Virus record (IMG/VR): IMGVR_UViG_3300037484_000123
Span: 1-24,828 of that record
DNA: 24,828 nucleotides
From: a virus
Taxonomy: Duplodnaviria > Caudoviricetes
Reading direction: 5' to 3' (one strand)
Made by a program: the position numbers and the translations under genes. Below are positions 1 through 6,774 of this stretch, one piece after another. The notes beneath the pieces were generated by a model. That model worked only from the letters and a program-made list of their open reading frames with translations. It searched no databases and was not told where the DNA came from. The number at the start of each line of letters is the position of its first letter. The stretch's first letter is position 1.

Positions 1-250
1 CGCTATACTCCTTCATGACGCGTTCCTGTATCTTGGCTCGCATAGCCTCAAGCTGCATAAGGGCAGGCTTGTATCTCTCCGTAACCACTTTCAATGCAGC
101 CTTCGCAGCAGCCCCATCTTCCTCCTTGGCAGCCTCAATAGCCTTCGTCTCTTTGGATATGCCTACTAACGTAGCCAGCGTACTTACTGCATACCCCTTC
201 CCCTTCGCCTTACTCGACAGTAATCTTGCAGCATCTTCAATGATACTCAT
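1..250 (-). CDS. Hypothetical helical protein, runs off the window edge (MSIIEDAARLLSSK...RVMKEYS)
   Basis: ATG at 250 preceded by AGGAGGGAG; frame open to position 1; absent from the ORF track because no stop is in the window. Confidence 0.7.
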   Translation of the reverse strand, partial: MSIIEDAARLLSSKAKGKGYAVSTLATLVGISKETKAIEAAKEEDGAAAKAALKVVTERYKPALMQLEAMRAKIQERVMKEYS

Positions 251-266
251 GACTCCCTCCTTTTTC

Positions 267-908
267 CTACTTCTTGTGTAGTGTGTGGAATATCTTTACT
301 GCGGCCAGTCCCGACTCTTCATACTTCTTCCCAACATACTCTTTGATTGTGAGCTTCCCCGGATCTACTCTCGGCAGATGAAAGGTGAGTGTCCTCTTTG
401 CTTTGGGAGTGTGGGTCTCGTTGTAAATGTGCTTGTAGAGGCCAAGCTGTATTCCCGTCTCATCATAGACGGTTGTGCCCGTTTTAAAGTCCCCTACGCA
501 GGGAGCGTCATCTCCTTTAAACTCGCCTACTCTATCCACCCTGCCGGCTATTCTAAGCTTCGGACTGAACAGTATTCCCTCAATAATGAGCCATTTCTTA
601 ATCCACTTGGTTGCCCAGGTACTCCAGACATTGACAGAAGGCAGGAACTCTATCGTCTCTCTCAGCATGGCATCAACCATCCTCATATTGCCTCGATCAT
701 GCCACGCTAACATCTCATGCAGCCTCTCTCCATACGCAGAGGTTTCATTCGCCACTCTCTCGGCCTCTTCCTTCCCTACCCTTTGCTTCCATTCTTCAAG
801 CTGCTTTCTCCTGATTGTAGCCGAGATAACATCCGTGACGCGAGAATATCGGCTGCCGTCGATGAGGTAGAATCTTCCGTCTTTGCTGAGGTGGATGCGG
901 GATGACAT
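267..908 (-). CDS. PD-(D/E)XK superfamily exonuclease (phage recombination-type, Cas4/RecB-like fold)
   Basis: Motifs SRVTDVI, YGERLHE, IAGRVD, GDFKTG and QLGLY; RBS AAGGAGG before the ATG. Confidence 0.85.
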   Translation of the reverse strand: MSSRIHLSKDGRFYLIDGSRYSRVTDVISATIRRKQLEEWKQRVGKEEAERVANETSAYGERLHEMLAWHDRGNMRMVDAMLRETIEFLPSVNVWSTWATKWIKKWLIIEGILFSPKLRIAGRVDRVGEFKGDDAPCVGDFKTGTTVYDETGIQLGLYKHIYNETHTPKAKRTLTFHLPRVDPGKLTIKEYVGKKYEESGLAAVKIFHTLHKK

Positions 909-1162
909 TGTGCGGCCCTCCTTGACTTCGGTGCACTCGTGCGGGGTTTACGGAACTCTCGTAGTGCGAGCTTCTCGATGAGGCGATCTACAGTGATGTC
1001 CAACTCTCTCGCCATTGCGACCAGGATGCGGATACTTGGTTGTGCCTTCCCTCTCAGGATACGAGAGATATGGGAGTTGTCACAGTTGCAAGCCTTAGCA
1101 AGGTCAATAATACTCACCCGCCTAAATCCACGCTTCTTCTTTTTGGTTACGATATGAGTCAT
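776..1162 (-). CDS. XRE/Cro-like helix-turn-helix regulator
   Basis: SIIDLAKACNCDNSHISRILRGKAQPSIRILVAMARELDITVDRL fits the XRE HTH pattern; likely start MTHIV at 1162 (GAGGAAGAGG upstream, ATGA overlap with the previous ORF) rather than 1303. Confidence 0.8.
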   Translation of the reverse strand: MTHIVTKKKKRGFRRVSIIDLAKACNCDNSHISRILRGKAQPSIRILVAMARELDITVDRLIEKLALREFRKPRTSAPKSRRAAQCHPASTSAKTEDSTSSTAADILASRMLSRLQSGESSLKNGSKG

Positions 1163-1296
1163 GGCCTCTTCCTCGATTTGTACGCGATAGGATCGACAGC
1201 ACGTATGAACAATCTCTCTGCTGCCAACATTGCCTTCGTTTGAAGCTGCTCCACCCTCTGACACATATCCGCTTCCTTGCAGTCGTCTGGCCTCAT
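1159..1296 (-). CDS. Small hypothetical protein, 45 aa (MRPDDCKEAD...)
   Basis: GGAGGAG RBS; stop overlaps the next start (ATGA). Confidence 0.6.
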   Translation of the reverse strand: MRPDDCKEADMCQRVEQLQTKAMLAAERLFIRAVDPIAYKSRKRP

Positions 1297-1299
1297 GAT

Positions 1300-1440
1300 T
1301 CACTCCTCCTTTTTGTGTAAGAGAGCACCTAATCTTTCACATAATTCTTTGTCAATTACGTCTTGTCCCCATTCTCCTTCTACAGCCAGTCCCCATCCGA
1401 CAATAGTATCAATCTCATCTTTGCTGAGTTCCACTAACAT
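1300..1440 (-). CDS. Small hypothetical protein, 46 aa (MLVELSKDEI...)
   Basis: GGAGGTG RBS; tiles tightly between its neighbours. Confidence 0.65.
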   Translation of the reverse strand: MLVELSKDEIDTIVGWGLAVEGEWGQDVIDKELCERLGALLHKKEE

Positions 1441-1633
1441 GATTCACCTCCCTAGAAATAAGTGCGGCATTCCTCTTAAAATAGTTGAAGCAGTTAAATC
1501 TCCCTCCATACCCCCACGCGGTCACGAAATTCCTGCAATGGAACTCACTTGACTCATACGTGTACCTCACTCCTCCAATGAGTACCGATATTGTTCCTGG
1601 GTAATCGTATGAGAGTAATTCAATCCGTTTCAT
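1415..1633 (-). CDS. Hypothetical protein, 72 aa
   Basis: ORF track; co-oriented and tiles with the minus-strand gene string. Confidence 0.6.
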   Translation of the reverse strand: MKRIELLSYDYPGTISVLIGGVRYTYESSEFHCRNFVTAWGYGGRFNCFNYFKRNAALISREVNHVSGTQQR

Positions 1634-1646
1634 TCTTATCTTTCAA

Positions 1647-1810
1647 TGCCCCTCCGAGTCCAGGTTCGCTCATCCTCAGAAGTATTAACCTCTTACGCTG
1701 GGTCAAACTTACCGACATCATCGTAAGTGAGATTTCCAGAACCCAAGGTATTAACTCCCCCTACACCTACTTCACAGGTAGGCTGGATGCCCTCGATGCC
1801 CGGAGGGGCA
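1647..1810 (-). ncRNA. Candidate structured non-coding RNA of unknown family
   Basis: Lies between minus-strand genes; closing helix UGCCCCUCCGGG/CUCGGAGGGGCA, several internal helices, two GUUAAUAC loops. Confidence 0.55.
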
Positions 1811-1822
1811 AGGGGCTATTTA

Positions 1823-1972
1823 TCAGGGCTTCTTGTTTCTGATTAGAGCTTGATAGAATGCTACATCCCCAGATGATATTCCACCTATTGGGGTCCATCC
1901 CTCAGCTAAGTAATTGTTTACTTCTTCTACAAATGCACTCAATGTATCTCCCCAAACAACTAGATAATCCAT
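1823..1972 (-). CDS. DUF1737-like small protein, 49 aa
   Basis: MDYLVV...AFVEEVNNYLAEGWTPIGGIS...FYQALI resembles DUF1737; start 1972 has AAGGAGGGAG RBS; the longer 2026 start would overlap the tRNA-like element. Confidence 0.65.
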   Translation of the reverse strand: MDYLVVWGDTLSAFVEEVNNYLAEGWTPIGGISSGDVAFYQALIRNKKP

Positions 1973-1985
1973 CTCTCCCTCCTTC

Positions 1986-2079
1986 TGCGGGACGGGCAGG
2001 ACTCGAACCTGCTTAATGGCGACCACCCTTTACTGTCTCGAAATCGGATAACTCCAATAAAAGGGACCCACCGCCCCGC
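1986..2079 (-). ncRNA. tRNA-like element (acceptor stem plus canonical T-arm; no canonical D or anticodon arm)
   Basis: GCAGG-TTCGAGT-CCTGC T-arm directly followed by CCGTCCCGC, which pairs with 5' GCGGGGCGG. Confidence 0.65.
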
Positions 2080-2092
2080 TCCCTCCTCACTC

Positions 2093-2401
2093 TTAAGGCG
2101 ATCCAGGTCCAGTTGTGTCACAACTCTCCACCTGGATCTTCTTAATCTTATTGATGAAGTAGTAGGTCTTCTCCCCACTGACATCAAACAGAATGCCCGA
2201 TCCCACCACCGTCACTGTCCCACATTGCGCCACACCGCCGACGTTGACCACCCACGATCCGGGTAGCTCCGTCTGCGCACACTCACACGTTACCTGTACG
2301 GGCGGACACGGAATACAGGGCGGGGCGCAGTTCAGCACGCCCTCTGCTCCCGCCCCACTCACGATTACCAACAAGATCGACACGATAATCAATATTCTCA
2401 T
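2093..2401 (-). CDS. Secreted cysteine-rich protein, 102 aa
   Basis: AAGGAG RBS before MRILIIVSILLVIVSGAGA (signal peptide, AGA cleavage motif); 7 Cys in the mature part. Confidence 0.7.
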   Translation of the reverse strand: MRILIIVSILLVIVSGAGAEGVLNCAPPCIPCPPVQVTCECAQTELPGSWVVNVGGVAQCGTVTVVGSGILFDVSGEKTYYFINKIKKIQVESCDTTGPGSP

Positions 2402-2412
2402 ATCTTCTCCTT

Positions 2413-2511
2413 TCAACGAAGTAGTAACCAAAGTAAGGCAGCCCAAAACGAGCTACCAATCACGACTCCAAGCAAGACTCCTCTTGCTGCTCCCAATGGA
2501 TCTTCTTCCAT
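2413..2511 (-). CDS. Small single-pass membrane protein, 32 aa
   Basis: MEEDPLGAARGVLLGVVIGSSFWAALLWLLLR; AAGGAGAGGGAG upstream. Confidence 0.6.
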   Translation of the reverse strand: MEEDPLGAARGVLLGVVIGSSFWAALLWLLLR

Positions 2512-2521
2512 CTCCCTCTCC

Positions 2522-2923
2522 TTAGACGTGCTTATGATACCAAGCTGCAATCTCTCCTGCCGTGGTATCTCCCTCGACCTTGAGATATGCCCCGCACGAG
2601 CACTCCACGAGCGTTCCCTTGAACGCATTCATCGTGAGCTTGTGGGTGATCGCTGCCTTCTTCCTCTTCGGGGCACATTTCCTCTTCGTTGCCCATGCTT
2701 TCTTCGCGGCCTCACTGCGCGTCACTGCCTTTGGATCTGGCACGGCGTTCATCTTCTCCATAAGCGCGGCCTCCTTCTTCGTTGCTGTTGCCTTCTCAGC
2801 CGGGAATGGATTCGGCCCCCCTGCTGCCTTTTCCGCCTTTCCCAATTTGGCCTTACACACGAGACACGTCAGCCTGCTTACTGGATTCCCTGCTCCACAC
2901 TTCGGACATTTCTTTTCCTCCAT
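2522..2923 (-). CDS. Zinc-ribbon, Lys/Ala-rich basic protein
   Basis: CPKC...CLVC N-terminus, RSEAAKKAWATKRK segment, C-terminal CSCG...HKH; strong RBS. Confidence 0.75.
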   Translation of the reverse strand: MEEKKCPKCGAGNPVSRLTCLVCKAKLGKAEKAAGGPNPFPAEKATATKKEAALMEKMNAVPDPKAVTRSEAAKKAWATKRKCAPKRKKAAITHKLTMNAFKGTLVECSCGAYLKVEGDTTAGEIAAWYHKHV

Positions 2924-3099
2924 CTTCCTTCCCTCCTTTGGTTGATTTGCTGGAATTTATGAGCCAGCATTGTTAAGGACTCGTAACCCCTCTGTCGATA
3001 CCTCTGGGCCAGCATTGTCTGGGCATCCCTCCCCTCTGCTCGTTTTTACCTGCGTCTGATAATGTTTTGTGACATAAAATTGAGGATTTGTACTTTCTA

Positions 3100-3129
3100 G
3101 GCATACCACACCATTTGTCTGTCTGTCAA
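3100..3129 (-). promoter_or_regulatory. Candidate sigma70-type promoter, leftward
   Basis: TTGACA (3129-3124), 18-nt spacer ending TGG, then TATGCC; lies just downstream of a terminator. Confidence 0.45.
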
Positions 3130-3265
3130 GGGGCAATTTTGAGAAAATGCAGGATCTCATCTTGACCTCTGTTTTGCTGTACGCGAGTCAAATTTACCCC
3201 TATGCTAGACCATTGACCTCTCTCTAATCTCTTGTTGTGGCGCATCCTGTGAGCACGTTTTAGGC

Positions 3266-3307
3266 AAAAAAAGAGGCCACCATACGATTTAACGTAACTG
3301 GTGGCCT
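3266..3307 (-). terminator. Rho-independent terminator
   Basis: AGGCCACCA/TGGTGGCCT stem with inner TACG/CGTA helix, followed on the minus strand by C and a T7 tract; just after the 3343 stop. Confidence 0.85.
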
Positions 3308-3342
3308 TTGTGGTCCTACCTTTATTTAGTTGTCAGTAGATC

Positions 3343-3795
3343 TTACTTTAGAGCTTCAAGCCCCGCATTCAATCGTCTCTCTTTCTCATCCTCAGAGAGT
3401 GATTCCCAGTCGTCGGGAAACATAACTCCGTCTCCGAGACTTGCCTTCATCATGCGCTTTTTCCACTCATTCTTGTCTGTCTTTGTGCTGCAAAGAATAT
3501 CTCCGAATGCAGCAACCCCTAGCAGACCACTGAAGTGGCCTGTCTCTTTGTAGTCTTTGACAAACTTTAGAGCCGTCTCCCTTTCATCTTCAGTAAGGGA
3601 TTTCGTTTTGTAAATAAGGTTCTCCATGACGGTCTGATACACGTAACTTTCCCAAGTTCGATTCTGATAGCACACCTTCACCGTCTCTTTCTCATGCCCA
3701 TCCACGTATAGGGTAGCAACATGTTTAAACGCGATCCTAGTCTTCTTCCACTCACACTCAATACTGACTCTCTCATTGATCTGAAACGTTTTCAT
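3343..3795 (-). CDS. Hypothetical phage protein, 150 aa
   Basis: ORF track; start MKTFQ at 3795 has AAGGAG RBS. Confidence 0.8.
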   Translation of the reverse strand: MKTFQINERVSIECEWKKTRIAFKHVATLYVDGHEKETVKVCYQNRTWESYVYQTVMENLIYKTKSLTEDERETALKFVKDYKETGHFSGLLGVAAFGDILCSTKTDKNEWKKRMMKASLGDGVMFPDDWESLSEDEKERRLNAGLEALK

Positions 3796-3817
3796 CGTAG
3801 GTTTCTCCTTTTTTAGG

Positions 3818-3964
3818 TTAGTCAATCTTGATTCGTAATGTGATAACGACAAACTTGACTACTCCCTCTTTGGTCTGCTCTGAGACGCTGGCAAAGTCTG
3901 CAAACGTGATGCCGAACATCTTGAGCACTCTTTCATAGATTGTTTTAGCTTCGTTTTCTTTCAT
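3818..3964 (-). CDS. Small hypothetical protein, 48 aa (MKENEAKTIY...)
   Basis: ATGA overlap with the upstream stop; GGGAG RBS; fills the gap. Confidence 0.6.
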   Translation of the reverse strand: MKENEAKTIYERVLKMFGITFADFASVSEQTKEGVVKFVVITLRIKID

Positions 3965-4197
3965 AGTGTGTTCTCCCATTGTTGTCTTAAACTCTCTGCG
4001 GTAATAACTCCTTGGTATTTAATTTCAGAGAGAAATTGAAAGTACCAATCAATAAGTTTTTCTTTTCTTTCCTTGACCTCCCAATAGTTGATTGTTTTAT
4101 CTGGGCAATGTCCGTGCCCTTTGTCTTTGCCATACCCATAGGTTACTTTCTGATTTCTTTTCAACCACAGCCAAAACATATCCAAAGTCATTTGCAT
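3961..4197 (-). CDS. Hypothetical protein, 78 aa
   Basis: ORF track; AGGAG RBS before MQMTL. Confidence 0.7.
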   Translation of the reverse strand: MQMTLDMFWLWLKRNQKVTYGYGKDKGHGHCPDKTINYWEVKERKEKLIDWYFQFLSEIKYQGVITAESLRQQWENTL

Positions 4198-4242
4198 GGG
4201 TTTTTCTCCTATCATTTATAATGGGTGACTTCTGCGTGTCCC

Positions 4243-4869
4243 CTACGCCTCAATTTCTTGCTGCTTATTGATTGCCATTGCGTCAAGAATTGTTTCGATC
4301 TCTTCTTGAGCTGATTCGAGCAATCCATTCTCTTTCCAGTCATAGCCAAAAAATCCCCAACATCCTGAGACGCCAATATCCTCATCCTCAAGGCTCGTGA
4401 CGTTATACCCGTACACGTCACCGGATAAGTATTGACCATAGACTTCTGTCTCGGCTTCAAGGCAATCCATTGCCTTTTGTTTAATCGCTTTACTTAATTT
4501 TTTCTTGCTCCATTCCTTTCTGACCTCTTCAAAGGTCACATAGATAATCCCGACTTGACCGCTATCCCATTCCGCGTGTCCTTGTGGTAGTCGTCCATAA
4601 AAAGGATTTCCATTTGTGCTTGACTTCAATGTGAGGCCGGAATGATCGTAGAGATATAAGTCAAGATAGATTACATCCTTTCTCTTGACTAATTCGTGAA
4701 CTTCTTCAATCGACATAGAGTGCTTATCACCTAAATTGTAACGACCATGAAAGCAAATCATGTGACCGAAGTTATCCCACTCTGTTCGCGGATTCATCGG
4801 GTCAAAGTCTGAATAAATGTTAATCTTAAATCCTTTATACTCTATTGTGTCAATGGGTTCCTCTCTCAT
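4243..4869 (-). CDS. Conserved hypothetical phage/mobile-element protein
   Basis: Motifs NPRTEWDN, LYLYDHSG, WDSGQVG, YLSGDVYGY and CWGFFG; likely start MREEP at 4869. Confidence 0.8.
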   Translation of the reverse strand: MREEPIDTIEYKGFKINIYSDFDPMNPRTEWDNFGHMICFHGRYNLGDKHSMSIEEVHELVKRKDVIYLDLYLYDHSGLTLKSSTNGNPFYGRLPQGHAEWDSGQVGIIYVTFEEVRKEWSKKKLSKAIKQKAMDCLEAETEVYGQYLSGDVYGYNVTSLEDEDIGVSGCWGFFGYDWKENGLLESAQEEIETILDAMAINKQQEIEA

Positions 4870-4870
4870 A

Positions 4871-5332
4871 TCATTTCCATCCTTTCTCTCTTGCATACTC
4901 ATTAAGAGGGGTTAATGTGTCATCAATCATTATTACTGCCTCCTGCGTCCCATAGTCGAATTGGTACCATGAAGGCTTTCCAGTCTCTTCATGAGCTCTA
5001 CTTACTGCATTCTCAAGTTTATGCGAGCTTGTATCAGTGAGCTTGAGAGTTAACCCTTGCGCGCCACGTCTCACTGCTACGCGGAATCTCTTATACTCTT
5101 TTGGAATAGAGATCATCACTTCAGCAGGATCATTTATAATGCGCGAAGGTTTGCTGTCTGACTGCCATGAAGGTTTATTCGTGGGATTGCCTTGAGGATT
5201 AAGGACAGGAGATGACCATGATTTACTTGGATCTGACAAGTCAAGACTTTTCCAGATTGCAATGCCTTGTCTCTCTTTAATCCATTTCCACGCCCTTTCT
5301 GCATTCTCTTCTGTCATAATATGCTTATCCAT
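4871..5332 (-). CDS. Hypothetical phage protein, 153 aa
   Basis: ORF track; AGAAAGGA RBS. Confidence 0.8.
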   Translation of the reverse strand: MDKHIMTEENAERAWKWIKERQGIAIWKSLDLSDPSKSWSSPVLNPQGNPTNKPSWQSDSKPSRIINDPAEVMISIPKEYKRFRVAVRRGAQGLTLKLTDTSSHKLENAVSRAHEETGKPSWYQFDYGTQEAVIMIDDTLTPLNEYAREKGWK

Positions 5333-5364
5333 CGGTTATTCCTTTCTGGCATTGATGCCGTTGG

Positions 5365-5472
5365 TTAGACTGACGCCCACGTCGTCATTGGTAACACGAC
5401 GTAATGATGACTGCTCAAATCAAAGTGCACTGCCGATCCTGATTCTTTTGTTAGGAGTTCAATGAATATCAT
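5365..5472 (-). CDS. Small hypothetical protein, 35 aa (MIFIELLTKE...)
   Basis: AGAAAGGAA RBS; bounded by the repeated intergenic module on both sides. Confidence 0.5.
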   Translation of the reverse strand: MIFIELLTKESGSAVHFDLSSHHYVVLPMTTWASV

Positions 5473-5511
5473 GATTCACTTTCCTTTCTCGCGTTATTCG
5501 CGGGTTAGAGG

Positions 5512-5775
5512 TTAGTCAACATACTGTCTTTTAGTGACAGTCACCCTAATGGGGCCTGACACAGCTTTTCCATTCTTGTTACGGGCGGCTCTGTGTGCCA
5601 AGGATATAATGTCCAATGTGTCTCTGATCTCTACTTTATATTGAACATTTTCTTTATGATCCTCTACCCACTCTACCGCTTTGTGTGTGCCGTACATATC
5701 AACGTGCTCTGATTCTACCTTTTTGAATATTGAGACAGTGACTTGACCATTTAGCTTTGTTAATTCGATTGACAT
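5512..5775 (-). CDS. Hypothetical protein, 87 aa
   Basis: ORF track; AGAAAGGAA RBS. Confidence 0.75.
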   Translation of the reverse strand: MSIELTKLNGQVTVSIFKKVESEHVDMYGTHKAVEWVEDHKENVQYKVEIRDTLDIISLAHRAARNKNGKAVSGPIRVTVTKRQYVD

Positions 5776-5811
5776 AGCCTTTTCCTTTCTGCCGTTATTC
5801 GGCGATTAAGG

Positions 5812-5913
5812 TTAATCAAATTCCTCACAATCCTGAAGGTATGGACAATGCAAACAATCTTCAGGCTCCAACACGATGCTTCCATCTAACTCTCTTTGAC
5901 ATTTGTGCTGCAT
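5812..5913 (-). CDS. Small four-cysteine protein, 33 aa (MQHKCQRELDGSIVLEPEDCLHCPYLQDCEEFD)
   Basis: AAGGAGGTG RBS; CxxC plus two further Cys. Confidence 0.65.
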   Translation of the reverse strand: MQHKCQRELDGSIVLEPEDCLHCPYLQDCEEFD

Positions 5914-5920
5914 TTGGCTT

Positions 5921-6061
5921 TCACCTCCTTTCTGAGTAATTGATAGAAGTACGCGACGCCATGCCGCGTAGTCCTATCCGATAATAATGATTTGCTGCAT
6001 ACCATGAGGCCCTTGCATAGTCTTCCCGTCTTACTGCCTTTCTCTCTCTTCGATTTTTCAT
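5921..6061 (-). CDS. Small basic protein, 46 aa; first gene of the leftward arm
   Basis: AAGGGAG RBS; MKNRRERKAVRR...; contains a hairpin at 5942-5978. Confidence 0.5.
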   Translation of the reverse strand: MKNRRERKAVRREDYARASWYAANHYYRIGLRGMASRTSINYSERR

Positions 6062-6103
6062 GATTTGTTCTCCCTTCATTAATATTGTCTCTGAAACAAA
6101 TAC

Positions 6104-6133
6104 AGGTTAAATCATTTCATTTATATTTGTCAA
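6104..6133 (-). promoter_or_regulatory. Candidate sigma70-type leftward promoter
   Basis: TTGACA (6133-6128), 18-nt spacer, TAACCT; AT-rich upstream sequence. Confidence 0.55.
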
Positions 6134-6181
6134 TAGAAATCGTACTAATCTATAAGTTTTTCTTTTCACATATCGACAATG

Positions 6182-6253
6182 GTAGTATGCAATACTCATA
6201 CCAATGCGTATTTTGCTACTTGACATGGCCTGTATTTAGTAGTACTCAATACT
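6182..6253. promoter_or_regulatory. Two operator-like repeats GTAGTAnnCAATACT around a rightward TTGACA
   Basis: 6182-6196 and 6239-6253, each containing AGTA-N5-TACT; TTGACA at 6220-6225. Confidence 0.45.
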
Positions 6254-6257
6254 ACAT

Positions 6258-6701
6258 ATGGCCCCACAGAAGACTGATAACTTACCCATTCCACGTGGAC
6301 GTAAGCCGACAGCACCTATTGAGTATTTAATGACTCTAAGGCGTAAGGGTCTTTCCCATCGTCAAATAGCAGAGCTTATCCATGTAGAGCGGTCTGCTGT
6401 CACCCAACGTCTATCAGGAGTAGATGAGGCAATTAAATGGACTGATGAGTATACCAAAGATAGAGCTTTGATCTTTGCGTATTATCAGCGTCACCTATTA
6501 GCATTTCTGACTCCAACTAAACTGAGAAAAGCAAGTGCTCGGGATCTTATTGTTGGCATGGGAATACTCTACGACAAGGAAAGACTAGAGACTGGTCAAT
6601 CAACAGCAAACATAGCTTACGCTGATATACTCCAAGCCCGTATTAACAAGGAGTTGGAATACAAAGCCTTAGTCAACACTAAAGCTAAATCGTCTAAGTG
6701 A
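6258..6701 (+). CDS. terS: Putative terminase small subunit (HTH-containing)
   Basis: N-terminal HTH (GLSHRQIAELIHVERSAVTQRL), GILYDKERLETGQST segment, position immediately upstream of terL. Confidence 0.6.
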   Translation: MAPQKTDNLPIPRGRKPTAPIEYLMTLRRKGLSHRQIAELIHVERSAVTQRLSGVDEAIKWTDEYTKDRALIFAYYQRHLLAFLTPTKLRKASARDLIVGMGILYDKERLETGQSTANIAYADILQARINKELEYKALVNTKAKSSK

Positions 6702-6774
6702 GTGATTCACTAGGGTAGACGTGAAATGGTTAACATAATAACTATTATCAGACGTTGCATTCTGAGGAAATCGA

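Larger units (their letters stand above)
5339..5819 (-). repeat. Three copies of an intergenic module: TAAC, short hairpin, AGAAAGGAA (5339-5367, 5481-5519, 5782-5819)
   Basis: Minus strand: GGCA-TCAA-TGCC, CGCG-AATAA-CGCG and GCCG-AATAA-CGGC, each immediately followed by AGAAAGGAA. Confidence 0.75.

Noticed and set aside
267-908. CRISPR-associated Cas4
   Set aside because: Lacks the Fe-S cysteine set; no CRISPR array or other cas genes seen
1660-1702. Hammerhead-like core on the minus strand (GUA...CUGAGGA...GAAC)
   Set aside because: No stem II, GAAC instead of GAAA and a poor stem I; not supportable without a cleavage assay
1647-1810. MITE (TG...CA ends) or retron msr-msd
   Set aside because: No target-site duplication, no long msd hairpin, and no transposase or reverse transcriptase in the window
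1986-2079. Canonical tRNA, tmRNA or attP
   Set aside because: No proper D-arm or anticodon loop, no G3-U70 or tag reading frame, and no integrase in the window
1294-5479. GTGAATCATG recurring at three gene starts (1294, 1438, 5470)
   Set aside because: Explicable as an ordinary RBS-spacer-ATG sequence; too short to call an operator
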